Shown in pieces: positions 8,235 to 16,463 of a stretch of DNA of 35,131 bases; within the stretch, counting starts at the first letter, position 1, and each line of letters opens with the position of its first letter. The position numbers and the translations under genes were made by a program. Under the pieces are notes generated by a model that saw only the letters and a list, made by a program, of their open reading frames with translations, was not told the origin of the DNA and did no database searches. This stretch comes from Gemmatimonadales bacterium (GTDB lineage Bacteria; Gemmatimonadota; Gemmatimonadetes; Gemmatimonadales; GWC2-71-9): positions 1-35,131 of the forward strand of contig JBOHSI010000054.1 of the NCBI GenBank assembly GCA_050733055.1, in the 5' to 3' direction.

Positions 8235-8965
8235 TCCCGCACCACTTCGATCAGCCTGTAGTTCGTCATATCCATGTGCAACGGCGTCACCGAGATGTAG
8301 CCGTCGCTCGTGGCGCGGAAGTCGGAGTCTGCGTCCCCCGTCCACGTGATGCGCCCGCCGCCGATCCAGTAGATCTCCTTGCCCCACGGGTCCTTCATCA
8401 GCGCGATCTCCTCGCTGAACACCCGGCTGCCGAGGTGCGTCACTTTCACGCCCTTCACGTCGCCGCCCGGGATCGCGGGCAGGTTGATGTTGAGCAGTGT
8501 CTCTTTGGGGAAATCCCGCACTCCGACGATGCTCTTGAGGAGCGACCGCAGCCCGTCTACGTGCGTCGGCAACAGGTCGAGTTCCGAGCCCGCGTATGAG
8601 ATGGCGATACTCGGGATCCCGGCGACGAGCCCTTCCATCGCCGCGGCGACGGTACCCGAGTAGAAGACATCCTCGCCCATGTTCTGGCCGTGATTGATCC
8701 CGGAGATGACGAAATCAGGCTTGGTAGGCATGAGCATGCCGATCGCCAGGAGAACGCAGTCGGTGGGCGTGCCATCCACCTGGAACGCGCCGTCGGGGCG
8801 GCGGGTGGCGTGCAGCGGCCGGTGCAGCGTGAGTGAGTGCGACGTACCACTCTGCTCGCGGTCGGGTGCCACCACGGTCACCTGACCGAGAGACGCGCAC
8901 ACTTCCCCCAGCACCCCGAGACCGCGGGCCAAGATCCCGTCGTCGTTCGAGATCAGGATGTTCAT
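8216..8965 (-). CDS. surE: 5'/3'-nucleotidase SurE
   Basis: Trimmed to ATG 8965 (MNILISNDDGILARG), which forms an ATGA overlap with the upstream GT2 stop. The SurE N-terminal NDDG signature and GINHGQNMG are present. Confidence 0.92.
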   Translation of the reverse strand: MNILISNDDGILARGLGVLGEVCASLGQVTVVAPDREQSGTSHSLTLHRPLHATRRPDGAFQVDGTPTDCVLLAIGMLMPTKPDFVISGINHGQNMGEDVFYSGTVAAAMEGLVAGIPSIAISYAGSELDLLPTHVDGLRSLLKSIVGVRDFPKETLLNINLPAIPGGDVKGVKVTHLGSRVFSEEIALMKDPWGKEIYWIGGGRITWTGDADSDFRATSDGYISVTPLHMDMTNYRLIEVVREWVPGD

Positions 8966-9669
8966 CGTGCTCCGAAGATCATCTGCCGGCCGTAGCGCGT
9001 GAAGACCCAGGCCACGCGCCAGGTGTCGCCCCAATGTCGGAAGTGGCTCTGTCGCCCTTCATAGACCGTGGGGACCGGGATGGAGCGAACCGTGAGCCCC
9101 TGCGTGAGCGCCGCCAGCAGGAACGCCGTCTCGAAGTCGTAGCGCTCCTCGCGGGGTCGGATCGTTTCGGCCGCCCGGCGCGATAGCGCCCGGAACCCCG
9201 TCTGGGCATCCGGCACCGCCCGGCCGCCGATCCGCGACGTCAGGGCCGCCGAGACCCAGTTGCTGCAGCGCCGGCTGAGCGGCATTGCCCCGGTGCGCGC
9301 CCGCGCACCCAGCACCAGATCCGCCTCCCCACCTCGCACGGGCGCGACGAGCCGTGGGATGTCCTCCGGGGGGTGCTGCCCGTCGGCGTCCAGCGTCACG
9401 ATGACCTGCGCGCCCTCCGCGAGCGCCCGGGCGAAGCCGGTGCGCAGGGCCGCGCCTTTGCCGAGGTTGCGCGAGTGGACGGCCACGACCACCCCCCGCC
9501 CCCGTGCCTGCTCCGCCGTCCCGTCGTTCGACCCGTCGTCAACAACGTACACGGTCGCCCCCGGAACGGCACGGCGCGCCCGGGCGACGACGGTGGCGAC
9601 GGTGGCGGCGGCCCGGTAGGCGGGTATGACGACGGCGACCCGCGAGGGTCCGTCAACGTGCCCCGGCAT
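8962..9669 (-). CDS. Glycosyltransferase family 2
   Basis: 235 aa. Motifs VVIPAYRAA, VVDDGSNDGT and LDADGQHPPEDI form a GT2 DxD-type signature. It overlaps the MerR gene stop by 17 nt. Confidence 0.8.
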   Translation of the reverse strand: MPGHVDGPSRVAVVIPAYRAAATVATVVARARRAVPGATVYVVDDGSNDGTAEQARGRGVVVAVHSRNLGKGAALRTGFARALAEGAQVIVTLDADGQHPPEDIPRLVAPVRGGEADLVLGARARTGAMPLSRRCSNWVSAALTSRIGGRAVPDAQTGFRALSRRAAETIRPREERYDFETAFLLAALTQGLTVRSIPVPTVYEGRQSHFRHWGDTWRVAWVFTRYGRQMIFGAR

Positions 9670-10036
9670 TGGGCGACGCGGTGCCCTCGAGAATGGCGAG
9701 AATCGACTTGAGCTCCGCGCGCAGATCTTTCACGGTCTGAGTGGCGAGCGCGCGGCGCGCCTCGGGCTTCAGGTCGCCGGAGCGCCGGTATTGCTCGATC
9801 TTCTGGCGCGCCCCCTCGATCGTGTACTTGTCGGTGTACAGCAGGTGCTTCACCAGCATGATTAGCTCGATCTCGCGGCGCTGGTACACGCGGTTCCCCG
9901 AGCGGTTCTTCGCGGGGTTCAGGAAGCGGAACTGGCTCTCCCAGTAGCGCAGCACGTGGGGCTTCAGGTCGGTCAGCTGGCAGACCTCACCGATGGAGAA
10001 GAACTCCTGAACGGGATGGGGATGCGGGACGCTCAT
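9653..10036 (-). CDS. MerR-family transcriptional regulator (short, HTH plus coiled coil)
   Basis: Trimmed to ATG 10036, which forms an ATGA overlap with the gpsA stop. The MerR-type winged HTH is FSIGEVCQLTDLKPHVLRYWESQF...GNRVYQRREIELIMLVKHLL. Confidence 0.8.
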   Translation of the reverse strand: MSVPHPHPVQEFFSIGEVCQLTDLKPHVLRYWESQFRFLNPAKNRSGNRVYQRREIELIMLVKHLLYTDKYTIEGARQKIEQYRRSGDLKPEARRALATQTVKDLRAELKSILAILEGTASPNAGAR

Positions 10037-11052
10037 CGTGCCTCCGCCCCCCACTGCTCCGCTTTGAGCTCGCGCTCCATCAGGTCCGCGACCGCCTGGC
10101 GGGGCGACTTGCCCTCAAAGAGCACCTCGGTCACCTGCTGGGCGATCGGCAGCTCCACCCCGTGCCGCCGCGCCAGAGTCACGGCCGCACGGGCGGTGTT
10201 CACTCCTTCGGCCACGGTGGCGCGGCCGGCGAGCGTCTCGGCGAGCGCCTTCCCCTGTCCCAGCTCCACGCCGAGCGAGCGGTTGCGCGACAGCGGCCCG
10301 GTCGCTGTAAGGACCAGGTCCCCCATGCCGGCGAGCCCCGCGAAGGTGGCGGGCTCGGCGCCGAGCGCCACGCCCAGCCGCGAAATCTCGGCGAGCCCGC
10401 GGGTGATCAGCGCGGCCCGCGTGTTGTGGCCCAGGCCCAGTCCCTCCAGGATGCCCGCCGCGAGGGCGATTACGTTCTTGAGCGCCCCACCCAGCTCCAC
10501 CCCGAGCACGTCAGTGTGGGAGTACACCCGGAAGTAGGTTGTCACGAACACCCGTTGCACCCGCTGTGCCACGGCGTGGTCCCGGGCCGCTGCCACGACG
10601 GCCGTCGGCTGGCGCTGGTAAACCTCGCGCGCGAACGACGGGCCGGACAGCACGGCGATCGGCGTGCCTGGAGGGAGGACCTCACCGAGGACGCACGACA
10701 TGGTTTGGAGCCGTTCCGGCTCCAGCCCCTTGGAGACGCTGACCACCATGGCCTCGCGAGTGAGCGCGTGACGCACGCGCATCATCACGGCTCGGACCAC
10801 GTGCGACGGCGCCGACGACACCACAACCTCCGCCCCGCGGACCGTCTCGCCCAGATCGCCGCTCGCCCGCAGCGCTGGGCCAAGCGGCGCTCCCGGGAGG
10901 AATACATGGTTCACGTGCTCGCGGTTGATGCTCTCGACCACGTCCGGCTCCCGCGCCCAGACCGTGACCGACTCGAACGCACCTTTGCGGGCGAGCAGGT
11001 CCGCCAGCGCCGTACCCCAGGCGCCACCGCCGATGACGGCGATCCGCGTCAC
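10033..11052 (-). CDS. gpsA: NAD(P)H-dependent glycerol-3-phosphate dehydrogenase
   Basis: 339 aa with a GTG start. It has the Rossmann motif IAVIGGGAWGTALA, and GALKNVIALAAG is conserved. Confidence 0.92.
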   Translation of the reverse strand: MTRIAVIGGGAWGTALADLLARKGAFESVTVWAREPDVVESINREHVNHVFLPGAPLGPALRASGDLGETVRGAEVVVSSAPSHVVRAVMMRVRHALTREAMVVSVSKGLEPERLQTMSCVLGEVLPPGTPIAVLSGPSFAREVYQRQPTAVVAAARDHAVAQRVQRVFVTTYFRVYSHTDVLGVELGGALKNVIALAAGILEGLGLGHNTRAALITRGLAEISRLGVALGAEPATFAGLAGMGDLVLTATGPLSRNRSLGVELGQGKALAETLAGRATVAEGVNTARAAVTLARRHGVELPIAQQVTEVLFEGKSPRQAVADLMERELKAEQWGAEAR

Positions 11053-11146
11053 CGATCTTCGCGGCTCAAGCCGCGGCTCGGCGCCGCCGCTGAAACGGCG
11101 AGCCCGTTCGTCGGGAGTTGCCGGGACGCGAGTCTACCGGCGGACC

Positions 11147-11764
11147 TCATGCGGCCACTCCCCTGCGGGTTCTGAATCGATTCTCGGTCCCCTCCTTGAG
11201 CCGCCGGATGTTCGCCCGGTGCGAATAGGCGATGAGCAACGCCAGCGCCACGGCCGCCCAGAGCGTGTACGGTTGGGACGGCTCCGTCAGTCGCACCCAG
11301 AGCGGAAACAGCACGGCGACGACGAGGGAGGCCACCGACACGTAGCCGGACAACCAAAGCGTGACGAGCCAAATCGAAATCGAGATCGCGACTGCGAGCG
11401 GCGCGAGCGCGAGGAACACGCCCGCGGCTGTCGCCACCCCCTTGCCACCCCTGAAGCGCACATAGGGCGAGAACATGTGACCGAGCACCGCGGCGACGCC
11501 GAGTGCCACGGTGAACCACGCAGGACCGTTCGACCACGGTGCCAGGATCTTGACGGGGATGACCCCCTTAGCGATGTCGATCAGCGCGACCGGGATCGCG
11601 TACTTCCACCCGAGCACGCGGTACACGTTCGTGGCGCCGAGGTTCTTCGAACCGTGCGCGCGCAGGTCGATGCCGCGGCCAAGCCGTCCCGCGATGTAGC
11701 TCGTCGGCGTCGCGCCGATCAAGTACGCGAGCAGGACCATGATGACGAGCCCGGCGTCAGTCAT
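11147..11764 (-). CDS. plsY: Glycerol-3-phosphate acyltransferase PlsY
   Basis: Track ORF 11147..12313 is trimmed to ATG 11764 (MTDAGLVIMVLL...), which forms an ATGA overlap with the der stop. It is a polytopic membrane protein carrying the HGSKNLGATN motif. Confidence 0.9.
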   Translation of the reverse strand: MTDAGLVIMVLLAYLIGATPTSYIAGRLGRGIDLRAHGSKNLGATNVYRVLGWKYAIPVALIDIAKGVIPVKILAPWSNGPAWFTVALGVAAVLGHMFSPYVRFRGGKGVATAAGVFLALAPLAVAISISIWLVTLWLSGYVSVASLVVAVLFPLWVRLTEPSQPYTLWAAVALALLIAYSHRANIRRLKEGTENRFRTRRGVAA

Positions 11765-13095
11765 CGGTGGGCGGCTTGCTCCCGCTTGCGGCGGAACTTG
11801 ATGTTTACGGGCGAGCCGGCGAACCGCCACGCCGCGCGGAAGCCGTTCAGGAGGTAGCGTGTGTACGACTCGGGAATTGCCTCGGGGCGGTTCGACACGA
11901 TGGCGAAGCGGGGCGGCGCGGTGCCGATCTGGGACGCGTAGAGCAGCCGCACTGACTCGCCGACCGGTTGGGGCGGCTGCTGGCGATCCACGAGGGCCTC
12001 GAGCACCTCGTTCACCTCGTGTGTGGGGATCCGCTTCTCGCGCTCCCCGGCGACCTCGAGGATCAGCTCCAGCAGCCCGGTGACCCGCTGGCCGGTCTTC
12101 GCCGACACATACGTGAACGGGACGAACGCGAGGAACGGCGCGCGGGCCACGAGCTCCCGCTCCCCTCGGACCGCGGTGTTCGCATCCTTCTCTTCGATCA
12201 GATCCCATTTGTTGACCGCGATGATGAGCGCTGCTCCCTGCGCCCACGCGGAGTTCGCGATTTTCAGGTCTTGCGCGTGCAGCCCGCCCTTGGCGTCCAC
12301 CACGAGCACACACACGTCGGCGCGCTCAATGGCGCGTGCGGTGCGGAGCGTCGCATAGAACTCGATGTCGTCCTCGACCTTGCTGCGCTTGCGCAGGCCG
12401 GCGGTGTCGATAAACACCAGGGTGCGACCCTTGTAGCGGAGCGGCGTGTCGATGGCATCGCGCGTGGTGCCCGGCTCGTCCGTCACGACCAGCCGGTCCC
12501 TGCCGAGCAGGCGGTTTACGAGGCTCGATTTGCCGACGTTGGGCCGCCCCACGACGGCCACGTGGATCGCCGCCTCTTCCGCCGCAGCCCCTGCGGCGGG
12601 CAACAGCTCGACGATGCGGTCCAGCAGGTCGCCCGAGCTCTTCCCCACTGCCGCCGAGACGGGGAACGGATCGCCCAGCCCCAACTCGTAGAACACGAGA
12701 TGCCGCGCGTCCTCGGGCAGCCGGTCTGCCTTGTTGGCCACGAGAATCACGGGCCGCTCGGCCTTGCGCAGGAACTCGGCGATCGCGAGGTCGGCCGCAT
12801 GCACCCCTGCCTCCACGTCAACCAGGAACAGCACGACGTCGCTCTCGGCGACCGCCATCTCGACCTGCGCGCGGATCGCCCGGCTGAGCTGGTCCTTGGC
12901 GTGGGGAATCAGCCCACCCGTATCCACGAGCCAGAACCGCCGCCCGTTCCATTCCACCGCGCCAAAGTGGCGATCCCGGGTCACCCCCGGGCGCTCATCC
13001 ACGATCGCCTGGCGGCCACCGATGAAGCGGTTGAACAATGTCGATTTGCCGACGTTGGGGCGGCCGATGATGGCTACCGTCGGAGCGCTCTTCAT
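11761..13095 (-). CDS. der: Ribosome-biogenesis GTPase Der (EngA)
   Basis: 444 aa. It has two tandem GTPase domains, each with GRPNVGKS(T/S)L, plus a KH-like C-terminal domain. Confidence 0.95.
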   Translation of the reverse strand: MKSAPTVAIIGRPNVGKSTLFNRFIGGRQAIVDERPGVTRDRHFGAVEWNGRRFWLVDTGGLIPHAKDQLSRAIRAQVEMAVAESDVVLFLVDVEAGVHAADLAIAEFLRKAERPVILVANKADRLPEDARHLVFYELGLGDPFPVSAAVGKSSGDLLDRIVELLPAAGAAAEEAAIHVAVVGRPNVGKSSLVNRLLGRDRLVVTDEPGTTRDAIDTPLRYKGRTLVFIDTAGLRKRSKVEDDIEFYATLRTARAIERADVCVLVVDAKGGLHAQDLKIANSAWAQGAALIIAVNKWDLIEEKDANTAVRGERELVARAPFLAFVPFTYVSAKTGQRVTGLLELILEVAGEREKRIPTHEVNEVLEALVDRQQPPQPVGESVRLLYASQIGTAPPRFAIVSNRPEAIPESYTRYLLNGFRAAWRFAGSPVNIKFRRKREQAAHR

Positions 13096-14372
13096 GCGGG
13101 GACGGCCTCCTCCGCCAGCGCGTCCGCGAAGTCGTGCGATAGGCGGATCGGCAGCCGGAGCCCATCGGCCAGGGCGTGCGCCTCCACGCCGTCCACGAAC
13201 AGCCCGTCGTCATTCACGGCCTCCCCCGGGAGCAGCGCGAAATCCAAGCCGCGCCGGTCGCGTAGGGCGGCCTCGATCGCCGCGCCGGGCAGCAGCCCCG
13301 CCGTCGTGACGGACGGCCCGAACAGCGTGTTCTCAACCACCACGAGCTCGAAACGCGCTCTGGTCGCCCCCGCCACCTCGTCGAGCACTTGCGGCATCAG
13401 AGCCCCCATGGCGGCGCCGGTCACCACGCCGACTCGCTTGCCCTCGAGGTCCGGAAGTCGGTCCCGCGCCGCCGCGATCCGGGTCTGAAGGTAGCGCACC
13501 GAGCCCACGCCGTTCTCGCGCTGCTCGAACTCACCATACCACGCGGCGGGCGGCAGTGCGACGCCCGCGTGCAGATAGAGATCGTCCGCGCCGAAGCACC
13601 ACGGAAAGCCCCACTCGGCGAGGGCGCGGGTCGCAAGCCGGTCCACCGTCGCCAGCGCCGCCCGGCACTCCTGGCGCGTGAGCTCGCGCACGAGGTGGCG
13701 TTTCGAGAACTCGGTGAGCGCCACCGGAACCACGGACACCGACAGGATCGCCCTGCCCAGCCCGTACAGGTCAGTGAGTGTGCGCACCAGCGCCGGGCCA
13801 TCGTTCACGCCGGGAACGAGCACTACCTGGGTGTGGAACGCGATGCCCTGCGCCGCGAGAGTCCGCAGCTGGGAAACGATCTCGGGCGCCTCGGGGTTGC
13901 GAAGCAGCCAGCGCCGGATGATCGGGTCGGATGCGTGCACCGAGACATACAGCGGCGACAGCCGGTACTCCACGATCCGCTCCAGGTCCCGTGCCTTTAA
14001 ATTGGTGAGCGTGGCGAAGTTGCCGTAGCGGAATGAGAGCCGATAGTCGTCATCGCGGATGTAGAGCGGCGCTCGGAGCCCGTCGGGGTTGCCGTCCACG
14101 AAGCAGAAGTCGCAGTGGTTCCCGCACCGCCTGATGCGCGGCGGCTCGAGGGTGACGCCCATCGGGAGTCCCTCCGGGCGCTCGATGTCGTACTCGATCT
14201 CCTCCCCCGACGGGAGTCTCGCCGACAGGACGAACCGGTCGTCCGCCGTGAGGAACTCCCAGTCGAGGAAGTCCTCGAGGGCACGCCCGTTCACCGCCAC
14301 CAGCTGGGTTCCCGGGACGAGACCTATCATTGCGCCGAGCGATCCCGGCGCCACCGCCTGCACACGAACCAC
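13092..14372 (-). CDS. DUF512 protein (PDZ-like N-terminus plus radical-SAM-like CxxxCxxC domain)
   Basis: 426 aa with a GTG start. The N-terminal PDZ-like segment is VAPGSLGAMIGLVPGTQLVAVNG. A Cys triad is present (CGNHCDFCF). The stop forms an ATGA overlap with the der start. Confidence 0.75.
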   Translation of the reverse strand: MVRVQAVAPGSLGAMIGLVPGTQLVAVNGRALEDFLDWEFLTADDRFVLSARLPSGEEIEYDIERPEGLPMGVTLEPPRIRRCGNHCDFCFVDGNPDGLRAPLYIRDDDYRLSFRYGNFATLTNLKARDLERIVEYRLSPLYVSVHASDPIIRRWLLRNPEAPEIVSQLRTLAAQGIAFHTQVVLVPGVNDGPALVRTLTDLYGLGRAILSVSVVPVALTEFSKRHLVRELTRQECRAALATVDRLATRALAEWGFPWCFGADDLYLHAGVALPPAAWYGEFEQRENGVGSVRYLQTRIAAARDRLPDLEGKRVGVVTGAAMGALMPQVLDEVAGATRARFELVVVENTLFGPSVTTAGLLPGAAIEAALRDRRGLDFALLPGEAVNDDGLFVDGVEAHALADGLRLPIRLSHDFADALAEEAVPA

Positions 14373-14769
14373 CGCGCCTACCTGGACTTCAAGGACTTTG
14401 TGAGGCCTAACGTCGCAACCTCAACGCAGGCTGGCACTTCCGTCGAGCTGTATAATATCGCTCCGGAACCGCGGTAGCGCCAGCCGGCGATCCCGTTACG
14501 CTGTGTCGAGAGGCGACACGGCGGGGATGTCCCGAGTCGCACTCGCGACCACCTGGCCGCGGGGTCGGGGAACTCAACGGCGAGGCGGAAAGGCTTGGAG
14601 GGAGCGGGCTTGAGATTCGTGGCCAGCAGTGTGATCGCCCGCGCGATTGCTCGAGCTGCTGTCGCGCTAGGTCGGGTCTTCGGCGGCGTTCTTGAGGCGC
14701 GGGATCCCGCCGTTGAGCCGGCAGGAGGCTATCAGGCAAAGACGCAGCCAGGGCCGCGGCATGCATGAG

Positions 14770-14841
<72 letters not shown>

Positions 14842-14888
14842 ATGACGGAGCGGAGTGTCGCGCGACGGTCCGCCCCGGCCCGCTAAAG

Positions 14889-16463
14889 CTACGACTTCCG
14901 GTACCTCCAGGCAACGATCCCTGCGCCGGTCACCTTGATCTCAAACGCCTGGTTGCTGCTCGCGTCGAGCGCGGGGACGTCCTGTTTCTGCGACGCCACC
15001 ACATCGCCCTTGGGGCTCAGGAACTCGAAGGTGATCGCCGTTGGCGAGCTGGGCTGGGACTTGACGTTCGTCAACAGGCCGTCGAGCTTCGCGCCGTTCT
15101 CGTCCGGAGTGAAGCCGCCCACCGTTACCTCGACTGCAATCGCCTCGGCGACCTGGAGATAGTACAGCGTCGAATCCTTATTCCCCTTCACCTGCCACGC
15201 CCCGGCGAGCTTGGCGAGCGTCGTACGGTTCAGCGGATCCACGGCGTAGAGCCGCTGCGCCAACGGCAGCACCTTCGCCGAGTCGCCGAGCAGGTAGTAG
15301 ATGCCCCCGAGGTTATACAGCGCCTGGCGCTCGTGCGGGTTCTTCGCGAGGCCAGCCGCGTAGGCCCGCGCCACCAGGTGATACTGAGGCGCGATCGTCG
15401 CCAGGTGATGTTTGATGACGGAGTCCGTCGCCGCCTGGCACTTGATCGCCACTTGCCGCACCGTAAGCGTCCGGTTCTTCGCCCGCGTGTCCGTCCGGCA
15501 CCGGCTGCCGACCGGTGCGGTGTCGGGCTCCGCGGGAACCGCGTTGAGCATCGCCTGGGCCGCGGCGAACAGCTCACCCGCCTCGGCAGAGTCGGCATGG
15601 TCGAGAATCCTCGCGTACAGCGCCTGCGCCTCGCTGACGTTGTCCTGCAGCGAGTACACGGCGGCGAGCCCGGCCATCGCCTGCGCGTCGCTGGGGTAGA
15701 CGGCGAGGTAGTCCTTGTACCCAGCCGCCGCCTCATCCCAGCGCTGCGCCGCGTGATACACGCGTCCCACGTTGAACAGCGCGTCGCGCTTTTGCTGTAC
15801 GTACTGCGTATCGCGGGCCGCGGGCACGGCGAGCTTGAAGTACTTCGCCGCCGAGTCCGGGCGAGTTGCAAAGACAATTGAATCTCTGCGGTATTTCACT
15901 GAGTCTGTCTGCCGGAGCGAGGAGTCAGGGGCTTCACGACTGGCGAACAGGGTTGCGAGGTAGACGAACCCGGTAGGCTCGCCATCGTAGATGGCGTTGG
16001 CTTGCCGGAAGCTGGCGATGGCGGAGTCGGTGTTTCCGGCCTGCCACGCCTTCACACCCTCGTTGAACAGCGGCACCCAGAAGACGCGTCGCCAGCCCGC
16101 GATGTCTTCCTGACAGTGCGGAGCGAGCGCGGCGGCCTTCCTCAACGCCGTGTCGGCGCCGGCGAGGTCGCCGCGCATGGCGTAAAAGCGACCGAGGTAG
16201 TACCAGGCGGTCGGATTCTTTTCCTGCCCTCCCGTGGTGACGGCCTGCGTGAGCACCCGGTGCGCATCCTTCAAATCCCGTTGCCGCTTGTCCTCGAACT
16301 TCGTTTCGGAAGCGCTCTTTAGATACTGCACCCCGCTGTTCACGAGCTGGTGTCCGGGTTTGAGCTCGCACTTGGCTGCCGCCCACTGCTGCGCCGCCAG
16401 CGGGGCGGCACCGACCCCGACTATCAGAGACACACCCACGACAACAGCTTGCTGGACGGTCAT
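14889..16463 (-). CDS. Secreted tetratricopeptide-repeat protein with C-terminal beta-rich domain
   Basis: 524 aa. The N-terminal signal-like segment is VVVGVSLIVGVGAAPLAAQ. Repeated A/Y/L TPR-like units are present (AWYYLGRFYAMRGDLAGA, ALFNVGRVYHAAQRWDEA, ALYNLGGIYYLLGD). Confidence 0.7.
   Translation of the reverse strand: MTVQQAVVVGVSLIVGVGAAPLAAQQWAAAKCELKPGHQLVNSGVQYLKSASETKFEDKRQRDLKDAHRVLTQAVTTGGQEKNPTAWYYLGRFYAMRGDLAGADTALRKAAALAPHCQEDIAGWRRVFWVPLFNEGVKAWQAGNTDSAIASFRQANAIYDGEPTGFVYLATLFASREAPDSSLRQTDSVKYRRDSIVFATRPDSAAKYFKLAVPAARDTQYVQQKRDALFNVGRVYHAAQRWDEAAAGYKDYLAVYPSDAQAMAGLAAVYSLQDNVSEAQALYARILDHADSAEAGELFAAAQAMLNAVPAEPDTAPVGSRCRTDTRAKNRTLTVRQVAIKCQAATDSVIKHHLATIAPQYHLVARAYAAGLAKNPHERQALYNLGGIYYLLGDSAKVLPLAQRLYAVDPLNRTTLAKLAGAWQVKGNKDSTLYYLQVAEAIAVEVTVGGFTPDENGAKLDGLLTNVKSQPSSPTAITFEFLSPKGDVVASQKQDVPALDASSNQAFEIKVTGAGIVAWRYRKS

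Noticed and set aside
11060-11079. Direct repeat CGCGGCTC (11060-11067 and 11072-11079) in the 94-bp plsY-gpsA spacer.
   Set aside because: Two copies of a GC-rich 8-mer in GC-rich DNA are weak evidence. I could define no flanking structure or motif context.
14432-14447. Sigma-54-like element TGGCAC-N5 on the + strand near the TATAAT box.
   Set aside because: The -12 element reads TCGA rather than TTGC (no GC at the required spacing). No + strand gene lies downstream to be driven.
14407-14766. 119-aa minus-strand ORF filling the gap between the DUF512 gene and tRNA-Gly.
   Set aside because: It has low-complexity Arg/Pro/Ser-rich translation, many A/T-ending and rare codons in contrast to the near-uniform G/C third positions of real genes here, and no recognisable domain. 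I treat it as non-coding.
14373-14769. Possibility that the gap encodes RNase P RNA, tmRNA, SRP RNA or a known riboswitch.
   Set aside because: On neither strand did I find the hallmark motifs. These are GAGGAAAGUCCGGGC and ACAGAA for RNase P, a tRNA-like 3' end with a T-loop and CCA for tmRNA, and GGUCCGGAAGGAAGCAGCC for SRP domain IV. This rests on by-eye inspection only; a covariance-model search is still needed.
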